This document shows positions 39,194-48,783 of a stretch of 64,000 bases of DNA, in pieces. The notes under the pieces are model-generated. The model made no database searches. It was given only the letters and a program-made list of their open reading frames with translations, and had not been told where the DNA came from. The position numbers and the translations under genes were made by a program. Each line of letters opens with the position of its first letter. Position 1 is the first letter of the stretch. Source of the DNA: a virus. The stretch is taken from positions 1 through 64,000 of the IMG/VR virus record IMGVR_UViG_3300043539_001475. One strand, given 5' to 3'.

Positions 39194-41533
39194 ATGGTTC
39201 AATTTCTGATTGTAAGTGGAAGCTTAAAAATAATTGACGGTACTAAAACTGTTGTTTTTATCGCCAAAAAGGATGTGTTTGCTATTAGCCAATCTCTTTA
39301 TCAAGAAGTTCCAATTGCTGAAATTTACAACTTAAATATAGGCTATTTAGGATTAGTTTTCACTAGAAAGCTATCTGAATGTTTAGACCCAAATGGAGAT
39401 GTTTTTACGGTAGATTCTTTTATAGTATTCGTAGAGACTTATCTGGGTTTTAATTCGGGCGGAATCCCTCAAACTATAAATCTTCAAGAAGTAACGGATA
39501 ACGGTAATACTACTACTAATTCAATAGAAGCAAACTCATTTATAAAAACTGGCGGTACTTCTTCTGAGATATTAATGGCAGACGGCTCTATTGTTACTGC
39601 TGGTGCAAATATTAGTATAAGTGGAGGTTTAATATCATCAAGTGGTGGAGGAGGTGCAGGAGGTAGTTCAGTTAATTTTTACTTGAACGGAAGTGTACCA
39701 AGTAGCGTAGCTACTTATTACCAAATAAGCACAACTCCAATTTTGGGAGCAGGAACAAATTTCACTAAAACGGGTAATGGGCTAATTGCCCAATTTTTAA
39801 CGGATATTGGGAGTCCAAATAGATTAGATATTCCATCAGGAGCTTGGAACTTTGAAATGTTTTTCAATATGTCATCAAATGGAGGTACTCCTAAATTTTA
39901 TATAGATTTGTTGACGTATGACGGAAGTACATTTACAACAATATCTAGTGGTATTTTAAATCCAGAATTTATAAGTGGAGGAACGACAGTTGATTTATAT
40001 TTAACTTCATTAGCAGTGCCACAAACAACTATATCAGCAACCGATAGATTTGCAGTTAGGGTATATATAGTTAATAATTCAGGCGAAAGAACAGCTACAC
40101 TGCATACTGAGAACGGCAATCTTTGTGAAATCATTACTACTTTATCTTATGGGATAACTTCTTTAAATGGTCTAACTGTCAATTCGCAGAATTTTGTCAC
40201 TAGTACAAGCGGAACTGATTTTAATATAGTTTCAAGTGGAAATACGCATAAATTTGATATGCCTAGTGCAAGCACATCAGCAAGAGGACTTGTTACGGTA
40301 AATAACCAATCATTTTCAGGACTAAAAACCTTTACGGATAATATTATAGTAAATACAATTAGAGTATGGAGAGGTGATAATAATTCTGCCACTAATATAG
40401 GAATTGGTTTAGATACATTAATTGGTAGTACGGGAAATCAAAATACAGCTATTGGTTATCAAGCATCATCTTCTTTACTATCAGCTAGTAGTTTTGCTAC
40501 AGCACTTGGCTATCAAGCCCTAAAAAACATTTTAGGAAATAACAATACTGGAATTGGACATAGCGCAGGCTCATTAATTACTAATGGTTTTCAGAATACA
40601 TTTATTGGGGCGCTATCAGGCGCTGTTATTGGGCAATTAATATCTGCTCAAAATAGTACTGCCATAGGTTATAATGCGTTTACAACTAAAAATAATCAAG
40701 TTGTTTTAGGTAATGCACTTGTCACTGAAACTGTATTGCGTGGAAAAATTGATTTAGATAGTGTACCAACAACAAGTGCAGGAACGTATGATATTTTAAC
40801 AAGAAATATATCTACTGGAATTATTGAAAAAATACTGTCAAGTAGTTTACAAATAACATTATCTGCTATTGGTTCAAATCCTAATGAAAATGGGTCTACA
40901 ATAACTGGTACGGTATTAAATTTACAACCCGCAAATGCTTCATTTGGAGGTGTAATCACAACGGGTACACAAACTATTGCAGGAGCAAAAACATTATCTA
41001 CTGCACCGAAGCTAAGTTCATTGACTGCTTCTGAAATATTGGCTTTGGACGCTAGTAATAACATTCAATCTTTGGCAGTAGCTACATATCCAAATTTAAC
41101 TGAATTAAGTTATGTGAAAGGAGTTACAAGTGCTGTTCAGACACAAATTGATGGGAAATTAACATCTCCAACTTTCATAGATTATTCTGCAACATCTACA
41201 GTAGTAGGTTGGACAACATTCACACAAAAAACAATAAGATATTCGGTAATTGGAAAATTATTGATTGTAGAATACTTTATTAGTGGTATATCTAATGCTA
41301 CAACAACATCTTTCACATTACCACTAGCTTCTGCTACTGTAAGTGGTATGATTTGGGCAAATAACAATCAAACACAAAATAATGCAGTCAGTTATATGGG
41401 TTATTCAAATGTTCTTTCAAATAGTTCAACTGCTACATTTGGTTATTATCCAACTGGCTCAACTATTACTGCAACTTGGACTGCAGGTGGAACAAAGACT
41501 ATAAGGGGCTTATTAACAATAGAAATAGCATAA
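39194..41533 (+). CDS. fibre/spike-like receptor-binding protein
   Basis: 779 aa S/T/G-rich; LQEVTDNGNTTTN, NTAIGYQA repeats, TQTIAGAKT motifs typical of fibres. Confidence 0.7.
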   Translation: MVQFLIVSGSLKIIDGTKTVVFIAKKDVFAISQSLYQEVPIAEIYNLNIGYLGLVFTRKLSECLDPNGDVFTVDSFIVFVETYLGFNSGGIPQTINLQEVTDNGNTTTNSIEANSFIKTGGTSSEILMADGSIVTAGANISISGGLISSSGGGGAGGSSVNFYLNGSVPSSVATYYQISTTPILGAGTNFTKTGNGLIAQFLTDIGSPNRLDIPSGAWNFEMFFNMSSNGGTPKFYIDLLTYDGSTFTTISSGILNPEFISGGTTVDLYLTSLAVPQTTISATDRFAVRVYIVNNSGERTATLHTENGNLCEIITTLSYGITSLNGLTVNSQNFVTSTSGTDFNIVSSGNTHKFDMPSASTSARGLVTVNNQSFSGLKTFTDNIIVNTIRVWRGDNNSATNIGIGLDTLIGSTGNQNTAIGYQASSSLLSASSFATALGYQALKNILGNNNTGIGHSAGSLITNGFQNTFIGALSGAVIGQLISAQNSTAIGYNAFTTKNNQVVLGNALVTETVLRGKIDLDSVPTTSAGTYDILTRNISTGIIEKILSSSLQITLSAIGSNPNENGSTITGTVLNLQPANASFGGVITTGTQTIAGAKTLSTAPKLSSLTASEILALDASNNIQSLAVATYPNLTELSYVKGVTSAVQTQIDGKLTSPTFIDYSATSTVVGWTTFTQKTIRYSVIGKLLIVEYFISGISNATTTSFTLPLASATVSGMIWANNNQTQNNAVSYMGYSNVLSNSSTATFGYYPTGSTITATWTAGGTKTIRGLLTIEIA

Positions 41534-41535
41534 TT

Positions 41536-41856
41536 ATGAACTACTATAGATATAACGAAAATTTTGAATATATAGGGGTAACAGAAACGGAACCTACTGA
41601 TTCTTTATGGACTAATACCGACTATATTGATTCATTTATTAAACCAATGTTTATTAACGGTTCTTGGATTGAAGGGGCTTCTATTGAAGAGTTAGCAGAA
41701 GCAAAAATCGAAGAAAACAAACAAAAGGATTTTGCTTGTTACAATGAACTTTTGAAAACTGATTGGTATTTTATTAGGAAGCAAGATATTGGGGCAGAAA
41801 TTCCTCAATACATAATTGACGAGCGAAATGCAATAAGACAAAAATACGCATACTAA
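41536..41856 (+). CDS. fibre assembly chaperone-like protein
   Basis: LLKTDWYFIR...EIPQYIIDERNAIR, directly after the fibre gene; start probably MNYYRY. Confidence 0.6.
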   Translation: MNYYRYNENFEYIGVTETEPTDSLWTNTDYIDSFIKPMFINGSWIEGASIEELAEAKIEENKQKDFACYNELLKTDWYFIRKQDIGAEIPQYIIDERNAIRQKYAY

Positions 41857-41909
41857 TTTAGATAAAATAAATAATAAACAGGTATAATACCTTAATGGCA
41901 GAATAAAAA

Positions 41910-42203
41910 ATGGCTTATAAAATATTACCATATTCCTTTCTACAAGCAATAAAGCTTAATGTAACAATTAAGCCTTCAACTAATATTTTTAAAAAAATTG
42001 ATGTTTTCAAGAAGGGTAATAAAGTCGCTAGTATAGGTGCAAGGGGAATGAATGATTACCCTACTTACATGGAAAAAGAAAAAAAAGGATACTACGAAAA
42101 GGGGTATGCAAGTAAAAGACGAAAATTGTATAAAGAAAGACACGAGAAAGACCGACACGTTATTGGAAGTGCTGGATATTATGCAGATAAAATATTATGG
42201 TAA
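41910..42203 (+). CDS. small basic protein, DUF5754-like
   Basis: KPST..KKIDVF...IGARGMNDYPTY...RRKLYKERH.KD...SAGYYADKILW. Confidence 0.6.
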   Translation: MAYKILPYSFLQAIKLNVTIKPSTNIFKKIDVFKKGNKVASIGARGMNDYPTYMEKEKKGYYEKGYASKRRKLYKERHEKDRHVIGSAGYYADKILW

Positions 42204-42869
42204 ATGGCAGATTATAAAAACATCGTTAGCTTTATAAAAGCAAGAGAGGGCGGTTTAAGTTCCGCCACAACAGATACGGCAAGTAGAAATTCTTCTAACT
42301 GTGGAAATGGCAGTAATATGAAACCTTATCATACAAACAAAGGAGTTACTTGGACAACTTTTACTTCTTTAGCAAGCAAATTAGGTTACAGTGCAACTTG
42401 CTCTAATTTCATGGCAATGCCAGATAGTATATGGTTGAAAATTTATAGAAGCTCTTATTGGAATCCAATGATGGGAGATAAAATTAAAAATCAGGCTGTT
42501 GCAAATGTTTTTGTGGAAATGGCATGGGGTTCTGGAGTGGGCGGTGCGACAAATGCTTTAAAGAAATTTTTCATTTCTAATTACAATAAAAGCTTTGTGG
42601 ATGTTAGTGAAATGGTTAAGTATGTAAATGAGTTAGATTCAGAAGGCAAAAGCTCTGATTTATTTGAAAAATTAAATACTTATAGAAAATCTTTTTATAA
42701 AAGTCTTGGTCAGCCAGCAAATCTTACGGGATGGATAAATAGGTTAAACGCTTTCTATATTGTTAATAAACCTTATGCAATTAGCAAAAAAGAAAAAAAA
42801 ATCGGAATTTTGGCAATATTATTAGTTATTATAGGAGGGTTATATTTATATAAAAAATTAAAGAAATAG
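42204..42869 (+). CDS. GH108-like lysozyme with C-terminal TM anchor
   Basis: REGG...TNKGVT, IYRSSYW, GWINR; tail IGILAILLVIIGGLYLYKK. Confidence 0.78.
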   Translation: MADYKNIVSFIKAREGGLSSATTDTASRNSSNCGNGSNMKPYHTNKGVTWTTFTSLASKLGYSATCSNFMAMPDSIWLKIYRSSYWNPMMGDKIKNQAVANVFVEMAWGSGVGGATNALKKFFISNYNKSFVDVSEMVKYVNELDSEGKSSDLFEKLNTYRKSFYKSLGQPANLTGWINRLNAFYIVNKPYAISKKEKKIGILAILLVIIGGLYLYKKLKK

Positions 42870-42871
42870 TT

Positions 42872-43039
42872 ATGTTAGAAAAAAAACAACAACAGGAAAA
42901 TATCAAAATAGAAGTAGAGTCACAGCTACATAAACATTTATCAACTATATTTGTAGTTGTAGGCATTATGTCATTTAGTTTAGGAATCATTGTTAATTGG
43001 TACACAATAAAGAGATTAAAATCAGGAGGTCAATCGTGA
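42872..43039 (+). CDS. small single-TM protein
   Basis: MLEKKQQQ...LSTIFVVVGIMSFSLGIIVNWYTIKRLKSGGQS*, translated by hand. Confidence 0.55.
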   Translation: MLEKKQQQENIKIEVESQLHKHLSTIFVVVGIMSFSLGIIVNWYTIKRLKSGGQS

Positions 43040-43443
43040 AAATAGATGGCAAAATAATTGATTCTAAAGGCGAAGCATTAGCATTAGCTAGCGTTACTAT
43101 TCAAGATGGTACTCGTGCTAAAAAACTAGGAGTTTCAGCAGACTTGGACGGTAATTTCACTCTAGAAAATGAAATCATAGAGCCAGATTCTGTCTTTATG
43201 ATTAGCTATATAGGGTATGAACCAAAGTTGCTTAAAGCAAGCGAGTTAAATGGTAAAACTGTAAAGTTATTAGAATCATTAGAGGAATTACCAGAATTAA
43301 CAATAATTGGCAGACCTAAACCAAATATACCAATAGTGGAAAAAGTAGATTTTAAAAAAAAATCAGTAAAAAACAATCAAGTTTACGCAGGATTAGGTGT
43401 GTTAGCAGGAATATTGTTAATTATAAAATCAGTAAAAAAATAA
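43036..43443 (+). CDS. carboxypeptidase-regulatory-like (SusC N-terminal type) domain with C-terminal TM
   Basis: IDGKIIDSKGEAL..ASV....GVSADLDGNFTL...ISYIGY; GTGA overlap suggests a GTG start at 43036. Confidence 0.75.
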   Translation: MKIDGKIIDSKGEALALASVTIQDGTRAKKLGVSADLDGNFTLENEIIEPDSVFMISYIGYEPKLLKASELNGKTVKLLESLEELPELTIIGRPKPNIPIVEKVDFKKKSVKNNQVYAGLGVLAGILLIIKSVKK

Positions 43444-43452
43444 ATAAATAAA

Positions 43453-43803
43453 ATGGAAGGACAAGCACCAGATTTAATGGTAGAAACAATAGTTGCACCA
43501 TCACCAATAGCATTAGCTACAACAGTAGCACCAGTAGCACAAGTGACGACACAAGCCCCACAAAATTATGAGGATGGCGGAGTGTTTGAGGGAAGGACAA
43601 AATCAAAGTGGAAAATGGTTGATATTTTTATTATGTCGCTTTGGATTATAGCACCTATTTACATTATTATGTACAATAGAAAAGCAATCAAAAAATTAGA
43701 CGAACAGCCAACTGTCGAAGAGTTTGAAACAATGGTTGGAGATATAGAAGAAGTGAGATATAATCTCAAAAAAGAACTTGGCGATAAATATAAAAATATA
43801 TAA
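43453..43803 (+). CDS. membrane protein
   Basis: Central TM preceded by a YEDGG motif. Confidence 0.6.
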   Translation: MEGQAPDLMVETIVAPSPIALATTVAPVAQVTTQAPQNYEDGGVFEGRTKSKWKMVDIFIMSLWIIAPIYIIMYNRKAIKKLDEQPTVEEFETMVGDIEEVRYNLKKELGDKYKNI

Positions 43804-43806
43804 ATT

Positions 43807-44412
43807 GTGAGTAAAATAGCAGTAGATAACGAAAGCATATTTAGTGGAGGTATTGGCGTTCAACTGAATAAAATATTATTAGATTATAATAAAATTACAG
43901 AACAAGATTTAATACAGTTAGAAAAAATTAAAAAACAAAAAATTATTTTAACAAAGGATTTTGTAAATTATAAAGTAGGAGATATTTTGGAAGTTAAATT
44001 CTTTCCTAATTTATTAAGGAGCGAACCGCCAAGTTTTTTAGTGATAGATGAAAAATTAGGTTCTCCTAAATATGGATTTGGAGGTAGAGGTTCTACTCCT
44101 TTTTATGAGATTTATAAAGAAAAAGAAAAAGAAAAAATAGCAGATGTAAATTCAAGTCCACAACCAAAGGTGATGCCACAACCAAAGGTGATACCACTGA
44201 TGTGGCTACCAGCACCAATAACTGAAGCAGTAAAGCAACAAAATTTAAAAATGCGAGATACTTTAACCGCAGAAGATAAGTTTTACGAAAAATTAGGTAT
44301 AAAATACCATAATACGCACATGTTTGGTCGCCCTTCAAGAAGAAAAGGCAGACTTTTGGTAGCACTAGCTTTAGTAGCAGGATATTTCGCATACAAAAAA
44401 TTTAAAAAATAA
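43807..44412 (+). CDS. tail-anchored membrane protein
   Basis: C-terminal LLVALALVAGYFAYKKFKK. Confidence 0.65.
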   Translation: MSKIAVDNESIFSGGIGVQLNKILLDYNKITEQDLIQLEKIKKQKIILTKDFVNYKVGDILEVKFFPNLLRSEPPSFLVIDEKLGSPKYGFGGRGSTPFYEIYKEKEKEKIADVNSSPQPKVMPQPKVIPLMWLPAPITEAVKQQNLKMRDTLTAEDKFYEKLGIKYHNTHMFGRPSRRKGRLLVALALVAGYFAYKKFKK

Positions 44413-44434
44413 AAAAAATTTAAAAATTAAGATT

Positions 44435-44911
44435 ATGAAAATACAATTTATAAAAGATTATACATTAACGGTTGATAATCCGTCTTGCAAAAATGGAATG
44501 ATAGGTTGTCAACCAAGTACAACGACAAACTTTAAATTAGGTCAAATTGTTTCGGGTGGAATTAGAGGAGGAAGTTTAGATAGTAAAAATTTCTATATTG
44601 ATTATGGTAATTATACTAATGCAATTCCTCTTGAGTATCTCAAAGTATTAAATGATGACGGAACTCCTTACGGGAATCCAAATAACATGGGCAATAACCA
44701 AACAAACCAAGTTGCACCAAAAAAATTATTTCCTACTACACAAAATACAATTAAAACAATTCAACCAATATCTGTAATAGACCCTAAACTTGCCCAACAA
44801 ATTAGCGAACAAATGGATAAAGAGGATAAAAAACGAAGACAAATAAAATTTGGAATTGTGTTATTAGCAATAGCATTAGGCTATTTCGCATACAAAAAAT
44901 TTAAAAATTAA
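44435..44911 (+). CDS. tail-anchored membrane protein (paralogous anchor)
   Basis: C-terminal IVLLAIALGYFAYKKFKN. Confidence 0.65.
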   Translation: MKIQFIKDYTLTVDNPSCKNGMIGCQPSTTTNFKLGQIVSGGIRGGSLDSKNFYIDYGNYTNAIPLEYLKVLNDDGTPYGNPNNMGNNQTNQVAPKKLFPTTQNTIKTIQPISVIDPKLAQQISEQMDKEDKKRRQIKFGIVLLAIALGYFAYKKFKN

Positions 44912-44915
44912 CATT

Positions 44916-45053
44916 ATGGCAAAAGAAATAAATGGGTATTTCAAAGCAATGTTGGAAGCCAAAAAGGAAAAATCATCATCGTTTACTTATAATGGTAAAA
45001 CTTATGTAGCTTCAAAAACAAAAACTGGAATGACAGTATATAAGGCTAAATAA
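44916..45053 (+). CDS. 45-aa basic microprotein
   Basis: MAKEINGYFKAMLEAKKEKSSSFTYNGKTYVASKTKTGMTVYKAK*. Confidence 0.55.
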   Translation: MAKEINGYFKAMLEAKKEKSSSFTYNGKTYVASKTKTGMTVYKAK

Positions 45054-45065
45054 ATTATTTATTAG

Positions 45066-45662
45066 ATGGCAACTTTAACAAAATCAGATTACGATAAGAT
45101 GACTAATGAACAATTAGTTGCTTATTTAGATAAAGTAGATAAAAGCACATTTAATGGCTATGTAGATGCTGATACAAAAGTGAGATATTTTGTAGATAAG
45201 TATGGAGAGGCTTTTATTAATGCAATAAAGGGTACTGGATTATTTTTAAGTGGAATTATGGCACAATCAATTCTTGAGAGTGGTTATGGAAGGAATTTAC
45301 CCACTGATAAAAAAACGGGTGCTTTAAGCAATAATTTTGCAGGAATAAAATACAATCCTAATGTTCACGATGCTTTTGTTGTAATTGACACAAACGAATT
45401 TGTAAATGGGAAAAAAGTCCTTTTTAAAGATGTTAAATTTGCTAAATTTACAAATGCAACAGAGGGTATAAAACAGCATTTTAAAGTTTTACTTGCTGAT
45501 AGGTATAAAAAAGCTAGGACTAATGCTAAAAGCCCAGAAGAGCAAGTTAAAATGATAATTGAGGCAGGGTATGCAACAGCAAATCCTACCACATACGTCA
45601 ATCTTTTAAAAGGCAATATTGCAAGGATTAGAAAATTACTGCCTTTTGGTAAAATCGAATAA
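45066..45662 (+). CDS. GH73 glucosaminidase (FlgJ-like)
   Basis: AQSILESGYG, NNFAGIK, AGYAT. Confidence 0.88.
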   Translation: MATLTKSDYDKMTNEQLVAYLDKVDKSTFNGYVDADTKVRYFVDKYGEAFINAIKGTGLFLSGIMAQSILESGYGRNLPTDKKTGALSNNFAGIKYNPNVHDAFVVIDTNEFVNGKKVLFKDVKFAKFTNATEGIKQHFKVLLADRYKKARTNAKSPEEQVKMIIEAGYATANPTTYVNLLKGNIARIRKLLPFGKIE

Positions 45663-45672
45663 TAATTACAAA

Positions 45673-45828
45673 ATGAAAAAAGCATTATCCTATACATTGT
45701 TAGCACTTGGGCTAGGTTTAGTTTCATATTCTACATTCCTAATTATTAAAAAACTTAGTGATGCAAGAATAGACTCTAGAACTGTTACAGTTGAAGAAGC
45801 AATGGAAGAATTAAAAAAATCAAGATAA
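45673..45828 (+). CDS. small N-terminal TM protein
   Basis: MKKALSYTLLALGLGLVSY... Confidence 0.55.
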   Translation: MKKALSYTLLALGLGLVSYSTFLIIKKLSDARIDSRTVTVEEAMEELKKSR

Positions 45829-45850
45829 AAAAACCAAAAAAACTAACAAC

Positions 45851-46114
45851 ATGAAAAACGGAGGATTAAGAGCAATTTGCATACCTAAAAAAGATATTTC
45901 TAAAATGGGCTTTGACCCAAAGTATTTTAGCTATTATGTAAATATTACTTATACAGAAAAAAATGAGGTGATAACGCTTAAAAATTGCAAAGCAGTTGAA
46001 GACTTAGAAGACGAAGAAGAAACTCTTTATTTTTCAGAAGGGAATAACACCATATTGCTAATTAGAGCTTCTGATAACCCAAAGGCTATAATTAAAAAAG
46101 TATTTTTAAATTAA
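45851..46114 (+). CDS. hypothetical protein
   Basis: ORF track. Confidence 0.55.
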   Translation: MKNGGLRAICIPKKDISKMGFDPKYFSYYVNITYTEKNEVITLKNCKAVEDLEDEEETLYFSEGNNTILLIRASDNPKAIIKKVFLN

Positions 46115-46126
46115 AAAAATCTAAAT

Positions 46127-46771
46127 ATGGAACTTAACAATGTAACCTATGGAAATCCAACAATCGAACAAAAGCAATCAATAGAAGCAAAATGTTTGGT
46201 TGATGACTTATTTGAAAAAATAAAAGAAAATATTTGTCCTTTCAATGATTCTGAAATGGTCAAAGACGAGCTTAACGAAATAGTCGATTCTCTTAAATCT
46301 ATGGAAGATGAAGAAAATACTATTTATTTAAAAAGGTATAGAGCTTATGATAGGAATTTATTACAAGTAATAATTACCTTATTTAAGCAAAAATCAATAG
46401 ATGTAGAAGCTCTTTCTAAAGAAATAGTAGAAGATATAGAAAACCTTATTTTTAAGCTGAAATACCACTACAATAGACCTAGACCAAATCAATTGGCTAA
46501 CTATTATAAGCTAAGGCTATTTCCATACAAAAGCTTCTCTGATGATACACCATCATTCCCATCAGGACATACAGTTCAGGCGTATGTTATTCTAAATGTA
46601 ATTGCTAACAAATATCCAATCCATTATACTTACTGTAAAGAAATTATTGATGACATAGCTTACAGTAGAATATACATGGGATTACACTATCCTTCAGATA
46701 ATGATTTTGGAAAATTAGTCGGAAAAGAAATTTTAAAACATAAAGCGTTTACCGAAAAATACGAGATATAA
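46127..46771 (+). CDS. PAP2/haloperoxidase-superfamily phosphatase
   Basis: KYHYNRPRP, PSFPSGH, SRIYMGLHYPSD. Confidence 0.88.
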   Translation: MELNNVTYGNPTIEQKQSIEAKCLVDDLFEKIKENICPFNDSEMVKDELNEIVDSLKSMEDEENTIYLKRYRAYDRNLLQVIITLFKQKSIDVEALSKEIVEDIENLIFKLKYHYNRPRPNQLANYYKLRLFPYKSFSDDTPSFPSGHTVQAYVILNVIANKYPIHYTYCKEIIDDIAYSRIYMGLHYPSDNDFGKLVGKEILKHKAFTEKYEI

Positions 46772-47157
46772 TGAAACATCAAGAATTTGAGTTGCAAGTA
46801 GCGATTTCAAGATACTTGTCGTACCAATATCCAGAAGTTCTTTTTATTTCGGATACAATTGCAAATATGAAATTAACGCCAATGCAATCTGTTAGAAATA
46901 AAAAAATTCAAAAATCTGACTTTAAGACACCTGATTTACTTATCTTAGAGCCGAAAAATGGATTTAGTGGATTATTTATTGAATTAAAGATAGAAACTCC
47001 TTTTAAAAAGGACGGGAATATAAAAGCTAGTGCAAATGACCACCTTAAAGGACAAATGGAATCTTTATGTGAGTTGAGTAAGAAGGGTTATAAGGCTTGC
47101 TTTAGTTGGTCTTTTGAAATGACAAAAAATATAATAGATGAGTACTTAAAAAAATAA
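46771..47157 (+). CDS. VRR-NUC (PD-D/ExK) nuclease / resolvase
   Basis: EFELQ, PDLLIL, GLFIELK, Q...L...GY. Confidence 0.8.
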   Translation: MKHQEFELQVAISRYLSYQYPEVLFISDTIANMKLTPMQSVRNKKIQKSDFKTPDLLILEPKNGFSGLFIELKIETPFKKDGNIKASANDHLKGQMESLCELSKKGYKACFSWSFEMTKNIIDEYLKK

Positions 47158-47162
47158 CGATA

Positions 47163-47615
47163 ATGAACCAAGAAAAAACAAACATTACAGATACATCCCG
47201 TATATTACAGCAGGTAGGCAAAACGCTAAATGTAATAGGTACGGAAAAATTACTTGAAATTTTAATCTATTCAAGAAAAAACAATAATCAAATTACCGAA
47301 GAACAAATTAAGTTTTCCGAACAGATAATTCAGATTACTTGCGATGAGTTTGGCATTAGCTTATTAGAATTTTACTCTTATAAAAGAAAAAATAATAGGC
47401 GAAATGCAATAGGCGTTTGCGCTCTTTTTTTACAAGATAATTTAGGGCTAGATAATTCCAACATATCGTATATCCTAAAAAAACCACAGAATCTTACTTG
47501 CATTTACAAAAATGAAATTGTATCTTTAAATCCTAGTCATAAGATGGATATAATAATATTAGACAAAATAAAAAATATTAAAAACAAACTAAATACATTA
47601 AAAAATGAACAATAA
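47163..47615 (+). CDS. DnaA C-terminal-like HTH protein
   Basis: IIQITCDEFGISLLEFYSYKRK..RR...LGLDNSNISYIL. Confidence 0.5.
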   Translation: MNQEKTNITDTSRILQQVGKTLNVIGTEKLLEILIYSRKNNNQITEEQIKFSEQIIQITCDEFGISLLEFYSYKRKNNRRNAIGVCALFLQDNLGLDNSNISYILKKPQNLTCIYKNEIVSLNPSHKMDIIILDKIKNIKNKLNTLKNEQ

Positions 47616-48783
47616 CCAAGAAACAGAAGAAATTTACGCAGAAGTAGTGGAAACAATTGACAACGACTTTTCTCCACTAGACGCACCAGTTAAACAGCGT
47701 AGCTACACACAACATAAGATGGATGCGCACCAAGTTATGCCAGAACTTGAAGAGCCTACTTTTCAAGCGCCTAGCTATACTGATTTTGACGAACCTACTG
47801 AAAAAGAAAAAGAGCCAGAGAGACCTTTCAATGAAGCTTATTCTGAATTAGACGGAAAAGAAAAGACTATGGGTGCAGAAATGATGGCAGAAATGACATT
47901 AGACATATATGAAAAAGGTTGTGGGTTATTAGGTAAAATACCAGAAATAAGCGAGGATAAATTAGACAAGCTAATTTCAGAAGGCGAAATCGATGCTGAT
48001 TCTAAACTTCCAACTGAAAATGGTGAAATCCCAATTAAAGAATTTGCAGTAGATTATAACGAAAGTATTAAGGAAGCGTTCCAAGTTAGTGACGAATTTA
48101 AGGAAAAGGTAAAACCGCCATTAATTCGTGTTTTCAAAAAACGTGGAGTAGGAATGACAGATGAGCAGTTATTGGCTTACTACTTTGTAACAGATTTAGG
48201 AACAAAAGGAGTGCAGGCTTTTATGCTTAAAAAGACTGCTAACAGCATTTTGGACAGCTTGAAGGAAAATACAATTGCAATTAGAGAGGGCAATGCACAA
48301 AGAGAAAGAGCAGAAAGAGCAGAACGAACAGAAAGAACAGAAAGAGCAGAAAGGGCAGAAAGAGCAGAAAGAGCAGAAAGGGCGGAAAGAGCAGAAAGAG
48401 CAGAAAGAGCATCTTCTACAACGCAAAAAACAAATTCAAAACCAATAAAAGTAAATACTACCGATACAGAGCAAACAGACAATGATGATTATGTTGAGGT
48501 TACAGTTATAGACAAACCAAAGACAAAGAGAAAGAATATGACCGACATGCAAAAACAAGTTATGAATTTTTCTGAACCCGAAGAAGAAGGAGTTTATTCT
48601 ATTTTAACTGATAGAGGTGGATTTTCAGATGAAATTGTAATGCCAAATAATATGCCTGTTTTTGGAGATAAAAAGATATTGTCCGAGTTAGAGAGATTGA
48701 GCCAAGAACCAGTTAAGCCAGTTCGTAAAACAAGAGCCAATTCTGTAGATAAAAAAACAACTACTCGAAAATCTAAAAAATAG
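47605..48783 (+). CDS. acidic protein with (ERA)n repeat upstream of the ATPase
   Basis: 9-bp repeats at about 48298-48410; basic C-terminus. Confidence 0.7.
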   Translation: MNNNQETEEIYAEVVETIDNDFSPLDAPVKQRSYTQHKMDAHQVMPELEEPTFQAPSYTDFDEPTEKEKEPERPFNEAYSELDGKEKTMGAEMMAEMTLDIYEKGCGLLGKIPEISEDKLDKLISEGEIDADSKLPTENGEIPIKEFAVDYNESIKEAFQVSDEFKEKVKPPLIRVFKKRGVGMTDEQLLAYYFVTDLGTKGVQAFMLKKTANSILDSLKENTIAIREGNAQRERAERAERTERTERAERAERAERAERAERAERAERASSTTQKTNSKPIKVNTTDTEQTDNDDYVEVTVIDKPKTKRKNMTDMQKQVMNFSEPEEEGVYSILTDRGGFSDEIVMPNNMPVFGDKKILSELERLSQEPVKPVRKTRANSVDKKTTTRKSKK

